Positions 19,734 to 30,387 are shown, counted from the stretch's first letter. The stretch is 64,000 nucleotides of DNA from a bacterium (GCA_963674595.2 CAXXFV010000036.1:15496-79495), one strand, 5' to 3'. Notes: generated by a model from the sequence alone, not told the origin. Program-made: numbers and translations.

Positions 19734-21739
19734 AAAAGCCTCCCGATTTCTTTGGCGTAAATTTCTTCCAATATTATCTGATGTTTGATGGCTTCTTCAC
19801 TGTTAAATAGTTTATTCTGGTATAAATATTTCAACATGCGGTGCACCGCTTTAAATCCCGGCACAATTACAGCGCATACTTTAAAAGCTTCTGCAGCGCG
19901 TTCATACATACCCAATCGCGATAAAGCAATTCCCAGATGGTAATGAGCAATGGGATTATGATAGATTAAACCGATGGCGTTTAAGGCATAAGAAGCAGCT
20001 TCTTCGTTTTTACGTTGTCGCAGATGTACCATTGCCATGCCATCATGGGCGATATGGCTGTCCGGATCAATTTCCAATGCTTTTGTAAAGGCGCGTTCCG
20101 CATCCTTTACACGTCCCATTTTCAAATAGGTTTGTCCAATTTGCTGATGTAATACCGGTAATCGTGGATCAGCTTTTTCTGCTTTTAATAAAAAGGTTAG
20201 AGCTTTGTTATAATCTTTTTCTGCGAGCGACAGTGAACCCTGTAACAGATCAAATTGAGGATGATATTTTTCATGGGTTTCTATTACTTTTTCAACAATA
20301 TTCCGGGCTTTTTTGTGATCACCTAATGCCTGGCTGCATTTGGCTAATTGAAAAGCATAACGGGTTTGATCGGAATGTTCCGTATATAGTTTTTCAAGGA
20401 TGGGCAGGGCATTCGAGTACATATTTTTATTTATAAAAGCCCGGGCCAGGTAAAATTGAGATTCATTCAATGTCTGATCGATTGCTTTCTGATGGTCTTC
20501 ATCAGGTTTTTCGACATAACCCAGGGCTATCAATTGCTCCATAGCTTCCTGTTCGGCATAAGGGTCCTGTTGAACGTCTTGTGGAAGCAAACCGCATTCA
20601 CCTTCTACATCTTCCCAGGAAGGTATATATTCAGGTTCGATCTGTTTATCAAAGGCCTAGACCAAAGGTTTACCGTCCATATCAGCTCCAATAGGCAGAC
20701 CATAAAGTGTCAGGACTGTTGGGGCAATATCCAGCAGATTAGCGCCGTAAATACGTTCGTCCTGCAGAATATTAGGGCCTTTCATACATACAATGCCGTA
20801 AGAACGATGCTGCCATGCCGGACCGGCCGGTTCTTTGGGAATGGAGGCAGGACGGAGGTGGTCTGAATGAAAACCATGATCGGAGACGAGTATGACGGTA
20901 ACATCTTCACCTGCCAATTGCAGCAAACGACTCAACATCATATCGTGGTATAAATAACCTCCTGTTACAACTCCTTTATAGAGGTCGAACATATCTTCCG
21001 GTATATGCGGCATACGCGGCGGGTGAAAGTTCATAAAAGCATGGCAAAAATGGTCAATGGCATCGAAATAAACCGCCAGGAAATCCCATTCTTCATTTTC
21101 CAATATCCAGGTAGCTGCAGCCTGAATGCTGGAGCAATCGGCAATAATTTTTACAAGCGATTCAAGTCTTTTGTCTTTATCCTGGTCTATTTTTGCAGCA
21201 TCCGGAACGAAAGGAAGAATATGCGCCTGGGTTAGTTCCTGAGGATGCACACGCAGTCTTTGGAATATTTTTTGTTTACTTTTCGGGTGCACCGTTCCAA
21301 CTGACATGGGCCAGGGTTTATCGATTGGTGCGTTCGCACGTTGGTAAAAATTGGATATACAAATACCGTTTATAGGTTCAGCCGGATGACTGGGCCACCA
21401 TCCTATAACGTTTGTCTTGAAATTTTATTGAGTCAATATATTCCATAGAGCCTTAACTTTTCGGGAAGAGGCCATAACCGGGCGGATACCGGCAGATTGT
21501 GGAGCCGGTTCCGTAAAGTTTATGATACCGTGTTTATCGGCATGCATGCCCGTGGCAATGGATGTCCACAACATGGGGGACATGGGAGGGTCCAGCGTCG
21601 CCAGGTTTCCCATTACACCATGATTGATCAAGCTTTCCAATGCAGGCTTTTGACCGTTATCCAATAATGGGTTAATAATTTTCCAGTCAGCGGCATCCCA
21701 GCCTATAAGCAGGACTTTTTTTGCCAATCTTTTACCCAT
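19730..21739 (-). CDS. type I phosphodiesterase/alkaline phosphatase superfamily domain fused to TPR repeats; two in-frame stops
   Basis: Three track ORFs share one frame, separated only by TAA (21425-21427) and TAG (20657-20659). The spacers translate to conserved-looking [20 protein letters not shown] and [15 protein letters not shown]. Motifs [44 protein letters not shown], then TPRs. Repaired length 669 aa. Confidence 0.82.
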
Positions 21740-21944
21740 TACTGTTCTCCTCACTGTTTGCTTTTTTCTCATCTATCTCAGCGCGTTTTTTTCGCCAAGC
21801 CAGTAATCCTGCCGCACCTAATGCCAAAATCCCCAACGAACCTTCGTATGGAATACTTTTATAAAAATCTTCAAATGTATCATAGGATTGGTTTTCAACA
21901 TTAGGGATAATGGATTCGGGAGTAATCTGTTTTTCGTCACTCAT
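21732..21944 (-). CDS. 70-aa peptide with an acidic Tyr-containing N-region and a PEP-CTERM-like TM-basic segment
   Basis: [24 protein letters not shown]; no N-terminal signal peptide; its stop overlaps the next start by 8 nt. Confidence 0.75.
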   Translation of the reverse strand: MSDEKQITPESIIPNVENQSYDTFEDFYKSIPYEGSLGILALGAAGLLAWRKKRAEIDEKKANSEENSNG

Positions 21945-22023
21945 GAAATTGCCCTTAAATAAAGATTAGAGTTTATATATTTTAAGGTGTAGAACAAGTT
22001 TGAAAAAGGTGTCTTTTTCAATA

Positions 22024-22923
22024 CTAAAAAATAATCGTGTATTGAGTGCCTTTTTTATCAGAGACTGTTTTGATATCTGCTTCAAGTTGATTTGACAAGA
22101 TTTCAATCAACGTCAATCCGAGTGAATTTTCTTTTATTTTTTCTTTTTTTATTGAAAATCCAATTCCATCATCTCGAATTATCAGTTTGTATTTTCCTAA
22201 AGACGTTGTTTTGAAAGTTATATCTATTTTTCCGGTTTTTCCATCAGGAAAAGCATATTTTAAAGAATTTGTAATTATTTCGTTTATCATAATCCCGCAT
22301 GGGATGGCTTTGTCAATAGGTATTACAATATTTTCCAGATCAAAATTGATTTTTATTGTTTTTGCCATCTCGTGGGATGAAACCAAATGCTGCACAATGT
22401 CTTTAATATATGAGTTGAAATTCACCTCGGAAAACGATTCTGTTTTATATAGCCTTTCATGAATCAAAGCGATAGAAAATATCATATTGATTATTTCATC
22501 AAGAGCCCTCTCAAGATGTTTTTCTTTGTGATAAGTTTTTTTTAGCCTCAAAAAGCTAATCATTATCTGCAGGTTGTTTTTTACTCGATGATATATTTCT
22601 TTTATTAAGGCTTCTTTTTCTTCAAGGTTTTCCGAAATTATTTTTTTATGCTCTTTTAATAACAGAATCGATTTTTCTTTGTAATTTGAATATATTTTTA
22701 ACAGAGTATAAATAAGACCTGTTGTTATCAGTACATAAATCCATCCTTTATATGTTTGAAATTTTACATAAAAATCATGTGATTGGCTTAATCGATTTAG
22801 AATGCGGTCAGAAAAAAATATCCAACAAAATCCAAAAGTAAAATATATTGTAGAGATTACAATAGGGCCATTAAAATTCTTTTGCAGTCTTTTGTAAAAC
22901 AATTTTAATCTTGAATTTATCAT
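22024..22923 (-). CDS. membrane sensor histidine kinase, HisKA_2/HWE type, with no partner regulator nearby
   Basis: Two TM helices; EIYHRVKNNLQ, NEIITNSLKYAF, DDGIG and SLGL boxes. Confidence 0.88.
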   Translation of the reverse strand: MINSRLKLFYKRLQKNFNGPIVISTIYFTFGFCWIFFSDRILNRLSQSHDFYVKFQTYKGWIYVLITTGLIYTLLKIYSNYKEKSILLLKEHKKIISENLEEKEALIKEIYHRVKNNLQIMISFLRLKKTYHKEKHLERALDEIINMIFSIALIHERLYKTESFSEVNFNSYIKDIVQHLVSSHEMAKTIKINFDLENIVIPIDKAIPCGIMINEIITNSLKYAFPDGKTGKIDITFKTTSLGKYKLIIRDDGIGFSIKKEKIKENSLGLTLIEILSNQLEADIKTVSDKKGTQYTIIF

Positions 22924-23188
22924 AATATACGAATTATATAATATAAAAAATTTTTTCCTGGAGCAGGTTATTGTAGAATTATAATTTTTCCAATGTCCGT
23001 CAGGGATTGTTTTTTAATTGGAATTGCCGATATAACTCTATAAACAATAATCTGTTAAGAGAATAATAATTATACAAAATAAACCAATGTTGTGCAAGGG
23101 TTATTTAAAAAAATTACAGCATTGTGTCATATTGAATTTGAATTTTTCTTTATCAATCCCCGAGTAATTATTCTTGATGCTTCTAATT

Positions 23189-23863
23189 TTATTTTTGATG
23201 TATCTCCTGATCAAATTGTTCCAAAGTTGAAATGATCATCTTGGAAATTTTTTGTAACTGATCATGAGTCGCTTTTGTTATAAAATTTTCGGGCTGTTCA
23301 AGAAATACTTTATAAACTTTGATGGCAAGTACTGCCTGCTGTGTTGAATTTATGGGAATGAATCCTTCCGGAAATAGTTCAGGATGTTTATTTAAAAATT
23401 CTGCTGCCATTTTAACGGCTGTTATATTTTTTGGGTCTTGCTCTGATGATAAAGAAAACTGCCATCGATTCGCCTGTTCTCTAATTAAAGGTTTCTTTTC
23501 ATCTTCAGATAAGCCGGTTGCGGCGAAAATACGACAATCATAGTTGCGGCAGGTTTGCGGGCGGTTTTCATATATTGAACAGTTGTTGTTAATAAACATG
23601 GGGCAATGACCTTTTTCATCATATCCCATTAATACATGTCCTTTTGGGAGACCCGGCGCTTTGAATAAAAGTTCTTTGGGAATTGTTGCAAGTGTGTTTT
23701 TTTCATCGGGTTTTATATGGATGAAATAGGATGAGGTACAGCAGGCCCGGCAATCACCACAGGGCACTTTAGCAGTTTTATTTAATAGCAAGGTTTCCTC
23801 TGTTTGTTCCAGCCATGAGGAAAAATTTCCCGCAGATATTATTTTGGTATCTTTATTTGCCAT
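23189..23863 (-). CDS. YkgJ family cysteine-cluster protein
   Basis: CGDCRACC, CPMF, CSIYENRPQTCRNYDC. Confidence 0.85.
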   Translation of the reverse strand: MANKDTKIISAGNFSSWLEQTEETLLLNKTAKVPCGDCRACCTSSYFIHIKPDEKNTLATIPKELLFKAPGLPKGHVLMGYDEKGHCPMFINNNCSIYENRPQTCRNYDCRIFAATGLSEDEKKPLIREQANRWQFSLSSEQDPKNITAVKMAAEFLNKHPELFPEGFIPINSTQQAVLAIKVYKVFLEQPENFITKATHDQLQKISKMIISTLEQFDQEIHQK

Positions 23864-24109
23864 ATTATTTTTTTTGAAAAGATTTTTTAATCCCTATGTA
23901 TATCAGTTAGAGAATAGTTAAGTAATAGTCATTTGATACTGTATTTGTATGATTATTGAATTTTGTTGAACGATTATACAAAATATCTTTTCATTGTGCA
24001 ATAAAAATATCAACGTATTGACTGGTCTGAACAAGTATAACGCTGTCTGCTCATTATAACATTATTATTTTTGCCTTTGTGGTTTGCATGAAAAAAAATC
24101 AACTAATCG

Positions 24110-24140
24110 TTAAAAAATCGCAAGATTTTTAATTTCGTTT
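24110..24140 (+). promoter_or_regulatory. shared upstream motif, copy 1
   Basis: TTAAAAAATCGCAAGATTTTTAATTTCGTTT, similar to 31258-31290. Confidence 0.4.
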
Positions 24141-24289
24141 TGTTAAAAGGCTATAAAAACTATTGTTTTCTTAAATCTCGAATCTAAAATAGCCGGCTAA
24201 AGTTTATAATAAATTATAGAACAAGATTCAATAGTCTGGTGAATATCCACAAGAACCTTCCAGGTGAGTTTTTCTTGACAGGAGGAAAA

Positions 24290-26083
24290 ATGAAAAAAGC
24301 AAAAATTTTTATTTTATGTACATGCGTTTTTGCATTATCAGCATTTTTAGCATGTGATAACGGGGATGAACTGTTATCTTCAGATAATCAGAACAGTTCC
24401 GGGGATGTCGCTGCGGATAACAGGGATGATTATACTTTTACTGTTGATGATGTTCTTGCAAATAACTGTGATAATCATGAAGAGTCAAGCGATTATACCT
24501 GGAACAACTCTCAAGTTATAAATATCGTATTAAATGATAATGGAATTGTTGTTAATGGCAGCGGTACAACAATTAACGGAAGTAAATTAACAATTACGAC
24601 CGGCGGCACCTATAGCCTAAATGGAACTCTTTCAGACGGACAAATCGTAGTCGATTCGGATGATAATAATATTGTAAGGCTTGTTTTAAACGGAATAGAC
24701 ATAACCAATTCCACAAGCGCACCGTTTTATATCAAAAATTCAAAAAAGACTGTAATTGTTCTTAATGATAATACCGAAAATAAGGTTACCGACAAAGCTT
24801 CTTATGTTTATGAAGATACCGCAGAAGAAGAGCCGAATGCAACAATATTTAGTAAAGATGATCTTTCGATATATGGGAACGGAAAATTGGTCATCGATGC
24901 TAATTTTAATGATGGAATTTCCTGTAAAGATGGTATTGTTATTGCCGGCGGTAATATTGAGATAGATGCTGTTGACGATGGAATAAGAGGAAAGGATTAT
25001 CTGGTCGTTAAGGATGGGGATATTTCTATAAATTGTTCCGGGGATGGATTAAAATCAGATAATGATGCGGACAGCGCAAAAGGATATGTTTACATTGAGA
25101 ACGGTAATTTTGATATAAATTCCGGTGCGGATGCTATTTCCGGTCAATCAGATGTTTTGATCTCTCATGGTACGTTTGATCTGACGTCCGGAAAGGGCAG
25201 CAGTGGTTATTCTTCGGGATCCGTCTCTACCAAAGGAATCAAGGCCGGTACCAGTTTGATTATTGACAATGGCGAGCTGACTATTAATTCGAGTGATGAT
25301 GCCGTGCATTCAAATGGAAACCTTGTCATAAACGGAGGTGATATTACCATCTCTTCCGGTGATGACGGTTTACATGCGGATTCTTATTTAGGGGTTAATG
25401 GGGGAGATGTTAATATCCAAAAATCCTATGAGGGCATTGAAAGCCGCATAGCAATATCACTCAATGGCGGTAATATTTTTGTGACATCAAGTGATGATGG
25501 AATTAATGCTGCCGGTGGTGGCGGCTCTGAAGGTGGATGGGGTGGTCCGGGAGGTGGTAGTACCGGCAGTGGTAATTATTATCTTTACATTAATGGCGGA
25601 TATATTGTGACAAATGCAGTGGGGGATGGTTTTGATATAAACGGATCAATTTTAATGACTGGTGGAGAGGTTATTGTTAATGGTCCTACGTCTAATGCCA
25701 ATGGCGCTATAGATTATGACAGGGCTTTTAAAATAACTGACGGATTGTTTATCGCAGCCGGAAGCGCAGGTATGGCCCAGGCACCTGGTACAGCCTCCAC
25801 ACAATATTCTGTTTTAATAAATTTCAGCTCAACTTTCAAGGCTGGTACGTTAATAAATGTACAATCCAGCAGCGGTGAGGAGATTTTAACCTTTTCACCT
25901 TTAAAAACTTTCCGATCACTGGCTTTTTCTTCATCTAAACTCAAATCAGGTTCTACATACAATATTTATTATGGTGGAAGTTCTACCGGTACTGTTAACA
26001 ACGGGCTTTATGAGAACGGCACCTATACCCCCGGAACCAAATATGGCAGTTTTACCATTTCGAGTGTCGTGACAAAAATTTAA
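24290..26083 (+). CDS. Cthe_2159/DUF4353-type beta-helix carbohydrate-binding lipoprotein
   Basis: GGAGG RBS before ATG 24290; lipobox FLA-C; GTYSLNGTLSDGQIVV; repeated DDGI/GDGL/DDAVH rungs; YEGIES. Confidence 0.82.
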   Translation: MKKAKIFILCTCVFALSAFLACDNGDELLSSDNQNSSGDVAADNRDDYTFTVDDVLANNCDNHEESSDYTWNNSQVINIVLNDNGIVVNGSGTTINGSKLTITTGGTYSLNGTLSDGQIVVDSDDNNIVRLVLNGIDITNSTSAPFYIKNSKKTVIVLNDNTENKVTDKASYVYEDTAEEEPNATIFSKDDLSIYGNGKLVIDANFNDGISCKDGIVIAGGNIEIDAVDDGIRGKDYLVVKDGDISINCSGDGLKSDNDADSAKGYVYIENGNFDINSGADAISGQSDVLISHGTFDLTSGKGSSGYSSGSVSTKGIKAGTSLIIDNGELTINSSDDAVHSNGNLVINGGDITISSGDDGLHADSYLGVNGGDVNIQKSYEGIESRIAISLNGGNIFVTSSDDGINAAGGGGSEGGWGGPGGGSTGSGNYYLYINGGYIVTNAVGDGFDINGSILMTGGEVIVNGPTSNANGAIDYDRAFKITDGLFIAAGSAGMAQAPGTASTQYSVLINFSSTFKAGTLINVQSSSGEEILTFSPLKTFRSLAFSSSKLKSGSTYNIYYGGSSTGTVNNGLYENGTYTPGTKYGSFTISSVVTKI

Positions 26084-26254
26084 ATATAGTATGTTATTTT
26101 ATTTTCGAATTACGACGAATTATCGCAAAAATTAATTATAAGCGTTTTGTGACTATATACTAGAACATTTTACATAATAAATATACTAAATCAATGTTAA
26201 GAATTTATTAACTGAAAATGAATTTTTGGTTATAAAACAAAAAAAAGGAATTTT

Positions 26255-26932
26255 ATGCAAACCCTTTTAAACTATGGTTTTGAACAGATTGAGTGGCAAG
26301 TGGCTCTGTTGTCCTTTTTGCTTGCGTTTATCCTCTCCAGTGTTATTGCCATGATCTATGAGCGAACTTTTCAGGGATTGTCCTATTCCCGCGGACTGGT
26401 GCAAAGTATGGTTCTGGGCAGTATTGTTTCGTGCCTGCTTATGATAGCTATTGGAGATAATATTGCCAGAGGTATTGGTATTGTCGGTTCTTTGGCTATC
26501 ATTCGTTTTCGAACCAATCTTCGTGATCCCCGTGATTTGGTTTTTCTTTTTATTTCACTTGGAATTGGCGTTGCCTGTGGTGTGCAAAGTTATATGACGG
26601 CTTTTATCGGGACATTCGTTTATAGCCTGGTCGTTTTTGCTTTTTACATTTCGCCATTTGGCAACCGTAGAAAACATGATGGTTTGGTCCGGTTTCAAAT
26701 TCCACCGGGACCTCATGCCGTATCAGAAATCTCACATATTATGCAGAATTATACCAAAAATTTTGTGCTTGTAACCATGCGAAATGTTGCACAGGGACAA
26801 ATTGTTGATTTTGCCTATCAGGTCAAGTTGTCCCAGCCAAATGACAATCAACGGTTGATTCAAAAACTGGAAACGGTTGATGGAATCAGGGGAATTACCT
26901 ATACAAATCAGGAAGCGACGGTGGAGGTTTAA
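26255..26932 (+). CDS. DUF4956 membrane protein
   Basis: 4-5 TM segments; GIVGSLAIIRFRTNLRDPRD signature; small C-terminal soluble domain. Confidence 0.85.
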   Translation: MQTLLNYGFEQIEWQVALLSFLLAFILSSVIAMIYERTFQGLSYSRGLVQSMVLGSIVSCLLMIAIGDNIARGIGIVGSLAIIRFRTNLRDPRDLVFLFISLGIGVACGVQSYMTAFIGTFVYSLVVFAFYISPFGNRRKHDGLVRFQIPPGPHAVSEISHIMQNYTKNFVLVTMRNVAQGQIVDFAYQVKLSQPNDNQRLIQKLETVDGIRGITYTNQEATVEV

Positions 26933-29020
26933 GTGAGTCTCAACATGTTTAAAAAATGGCCCCAAACTAACAAATTCAACATATTTACTGTTCTTTGGAT
27001 TATTGTTTTTATAAGTATAATATATCTTTACCAAAACTGGCACATTGATAAAAAGTGTATCGGAATCGTTGAATCACGCTGTCATGTTATCGGCGCTCAG
27101 GAATCCGGAACAATTCAAAGCATGCTTACGGATGTGGGTGAGAGTGTTAAAAAAGGCCAGGTTTTGGCCATGCTTAATATTGCGGATTTGAGAATAAATC
27201 TCGACCGGCTTGAAAAGGAACTGTCCGATATTCAGAGCATGGAAAGTTATCAACGAATTCGATATTCACTGATTGCACAAAAAATGGTGCTACAGTTAGA
27301 AAACGAGATGTCTGCATTAATTGAACGCCTGTCACTCATTGATTCAAAAAATACAGAAATCGAAGGATTGAATAATGAAATTAGCAGGTTGGAAAATGCT
27401 GAAAAAGCAGGTCTTGGCCATAGCCGGGATTTAGCGGATTTGATAATTCAACGCGATGCTTTGGTTAGTTATTTAAAAGAGCTGAATAAAGAATTAAAGT
27501 TAAAAGACAATAGTCTGGAACAGACAAGACTATCGCAACAAATTATTAAAGATGCCAATATTGACCATTTAACAAAAACTCTATTATTGGAACATTTTAA
27601 GTATACGGAATCATTACAACGTGACATTTTCAATATTGAACAGCGGATTAACTTGAGAACGATTGTTTCTCCCTGTGACGGCTATATTACCAAAGTTTTG
27701 GCGCGGTCCGGAGATATAGTTGAAGCTTTTGCCCCTGTTTTAGCTGTTGAGGAACAAAAACCATTGTTTTTGGATGTTTATCTTCCTGAAAAATTTAATT
27801 CACAACCCGCACCGGGAATGAAGTTTGATATTTTTTCTGCTCGTGGCAAAGAGTTTAATACCACAGGTATCGTAACCTTTATTCATCCTGGTTTTTCTCA
27901 GGCATCCGAACGAGTGTCTTTCCGGCAGCAAATTTTTTGGGCACGAAAAATTAGAGTTGAATTGGCAAAGGACCATAGTTTAATTCCGGGAGAAGTTGTC
28001 ACTGTTCACCTGAAAAAGAAAAACTGGCTGAATAGTAAATCGGCGAATGTTTACGCCGGCAATTTACAAATTGAAAATGAAGATTGTTTTAACCGTAATC
28101 CGCAATTAGAGAAAATGCAGGTGCCGGCAACGCTGTTACAAGAGTCTCGTTTTGAACCGTCCGGAATTTGTTGGATTCCCGAAACGAACAGTTTTTTAAT
28201 TGTAAGTGATGATACGGGTATTAAAGATTCCGTGAACGACCATGCGGCACGTTTATTTCTCATGGATGAAAAGGGACAGGTCAATGAAGAAACTGTTTCT
28301 GTAATTGGAACCCGAACCGTAAATGACTTGGAAGCAATTGCACCTGTCGGCAATGGCGACTATTATCTTGTATCTTCTCAAAATATTAGTAAAAAGGGAA
28401 AAAGACCGGCAAACCGGGAATTTATTTTAAAATTAAAAAAACAAAACGAAAACTATATCGTTCAGGACAGGGTCCGGTTTCTATCCTTGCTTTTACGTTC
28501 CTATTCTCAGGATCAATTAAAAGCCCTGGGTCTTGATCAGCTTGAAGAGGATGGGAAACCGGTTTTAAATATTGAAGGTGCGGCTTTTTATGAGAATGCA
28601 TTATATTTTGGATTAAAAGAGCCGGTCTCTCCCCAGGGAGCCATTATCTGGAAACTGGATGATGTGGATAGTATTTTTGGAAAAGAAAAGCTGGAACCGG
28701 GACAGTTGACGGTTTTTGGCTATGTCCAATTGCAACAGTTCAATGGCAACCACGCAAGCATTTCTGATTTATTGTTCGATAATGACGGTAAATTATGGGC
28801 TTTGTCAACTATTGCAAACGTGGATAAACAAAATCAAATGGGAGCTTTATATAGAATCGATCGTTTTACAGATGGCCGGCTCGATGCCAAACTGGTTTCA
28901 AGTTTTCCATGTATGAAACCGGAAGGGATATGTCTTTATGGTTCTGACCGGTTTATCCTTGTTTTTGATAATGATGCAGAATGTCCTGAATATTGTTATA
29001 TCAACAGGGAGGAGTTATGA
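26933..29020 (+). CDS. HlyD-type periplasmic adaptor fused to a DUF3616/phytase-like beta-propeller
   Basis: N-terminal TM; lipoyl-like halves GTIQSMLTDVGESVKKGQVL and VSPCDGYITKVLARSGDIV around a long coiled coil; C-terminal FEPSGI, IVSDD, DLEAI, NIEGA, KPEGI and VFDND motifs. Confidence 0.75.
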   Translation: MSLNMFKKWPQTNKFNIFTVLWIIVFISIIYLYQNWHIDKKCIGIVESRCHVIGAQESGTIQSMLTDVGESVKKGQVLAMLNIADLRINLDRLEKELSDIQSMESYQRIRYSLIAQKMVLQLENEMSALIERLSLIDSKNTEIEGLNNEISRLENAEKAGLGHSRDLADLIIQRDALVSYLKELNKELKLKDNSLEQTRLSQQIIKDANIDHLTKTLLLEHFKYTESLQRDIFNIEQRINLRTIVSPCDGYITKVLARSGDIVEAFAPVLAVEEQKPLFLDVYLPEKFNSQPAPGMKFDIFSARGKEFNTTGIVTFIHPGFSQASERVSFRQQIFWARKIRVELAKDHSLIPGEVVTVHLKKKNWLNSKSANVYAGNLQIENEDCFNRNPQLEKMQVPATLLQESRFEPSGICWIPETNSFLIVSDDTGIKDSVNDHAARLFLMDEKGQVNEETVSVIGTRTVNDLEAIAPVGNGDYYLVSSQNISKKGKRPANREFILKLKKQNENYIVQDRVRFLSLLLRSYSQDQLKALGLDQLEEDGKPVLNIEGAAFYENALYFGLKEPVSPQGAIIWKLDDVDSIFGKEKLEPGQLTVFGYVQLQQFNGNHASISDLLFDNDGKLWALSTIANVDKQNQMGALYRIDRFTDGRLDAKLVSSFPCMKPEGICLYGSDRFILVFDNDAECPEYCYINREEL

Positions 29021-30387
29021 GCTCTGCCCCGGATCGATTAATTAGCCGTATAAGAATGCCTAACATTACACTTTTTTTATGTATGTTTTCTGTAATGGGT
29101 TTTCATACGGCGGGTTTTACAGCTCAGGATAGCACTTTGAATATAGCCCGGATTTCTGAAAAGGACTTTACTGATAATAATAACAATGGGCCGGACATTA
29201 TAACAGAAGATCAAGTCATTAAACTGGTTCAGCAAAACAGCCGCCAGTTAAAATGCCTAACAACCAGGGACCAGGTTGAAGAGTTTCGTGTCAAATCAAG
29301 CGGTTGGTTCCAAAATCCTGAGTTGAGATTGAGTGAAGAATCTGATCGTTATATGTCAAATGATTATAAAGAATTGGAACTTGGTTTACGCTGGCGGCTG
29401 CCCAGACCCGGAGAATTGGGTAAAGAAAAACAAAATGCACGGGTACGTTTATGGGAACAAAAAGTTGAAACGATCCGGCATCAGCAGCGAATCATTTTTA
29501 AGATTAGAAAAGAGTATGCAAATGTTTTGATGTATGACGCGATTGCCCAACTTGAAAAACAAAGATTGGACAAAGAAAAAGAAAGACTGGATATTATAGA
29601 TAGTCTGGTAAAATTAGGACAGCGTACCATTGTCTATTCTATCAAGGCAAAAATTTGGGAAGCAGAATCAGAAAATGATTTTGTGTGTGTTAAAAATAAC
29701 CAGGGACTGGCCCGGAGAAAATTAGCCAATCAAACAGGTATTCCGGAAAACGCAATGCTTGCTCCTCAAAATATTCCGGAATACACGCCTGATGTTAACC
29801 AATTAATCGAAATAGCATTTAATTATCGGCCGGAGATGGAACTTGTTGAACAGCGGATTGAACTGGCTAAACGGCAGAACAAATTTGAAAAGTTTAAATT
29901 AATTCCCTGGCCAACATTTATTGAATCATCCTATCACATTGAAGATAAACATGATAAAAACTGGAATGAATTCAGGATTGGTCTGAGTTTGCCGCTTTTT
30001 AACTGGAACCGTGGAAATATTAAGGCAACTAATTTATCTGTACAAAATAAAGAGTGTGAATATGAATCAATTCGTGAAACCATAAAAGATGATGTGCATT
30101 CCGCTTTTATTATTTACCAGGAACTGTTATCCGATTGGCAAAATTTCAAAAAAAGTTCTGATGAATTAATATCAAATGTTGAAAAGTTACTTGAACAAAC
30201 TGAAAATCATGAAACAATTATGCCTGATGAAATTTTGGAAATGGAATTGGCTGTAATCAAAACAAAAAAGTTGTTATGTGAAAAAAAATGCAATCTTTGT
30301 CACGCATTATATGATTTGTATTATGCAATTGGGATTGGAAATGACGGCAATGTAAATAATGAATGGACACGTATAAATGCTCAATGA
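29017..30387 (+). CDS. TolC family outer membrane channel
   Basis: ATGA overlap and GGAGGAG RBS; two helical repeats with NPELRL, RPEM and GLSLPLFNWNRG. Confidence 0.82.
   Translation: MSSAPDRLISRIRMPNITLFLCMFSVMGFHTAGFTAQDSTLNIARISEKDFTDNNNNGPDIITEDQVIKLVQQNSRQLKCLTTRDQVEEFRVKSSGWFQNPELRLSEESDRYMSNDYKELELGLRWRLPRPGELGKEKQNARVRLWEQKVETIRHQQRIIFKIRKEYANVLMYDAIAQLEKQRLDKEKERLDIIDSLVKLGQRTIVYSIKAKIWEAESENDFVCVKNNQGLARRKLANQTGIPENAMLAPQNIPEYTPDVNQLIEIAFNYRPEMELVEQRIELAKRQNKFEKFKLIPWPTFIESSYHIEDKHDKNWNEFRIGLSLPLFNWNRGNIKATNLSVQNKECEYESIRETIKDDVHSAFIIYQELLSDWQNFKKSSDELISNVEKLLEQTENHETIMPDEILEMELAVIKTKKLLCEKKCNLCHALYDLYYAIGIGNDGNVNNEWTRINAQ

Noticed and set aside
18930-21427. Stop-codon reassignment or pyrrolysine suggested by in-frame TAA/TAG
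   Set aside because: TAA and TAG both end many intact genes here (TAG at 31148-31150, 38329, 41838, 50633). The implied residues differ between sites, and indels co-occur in the same zone.
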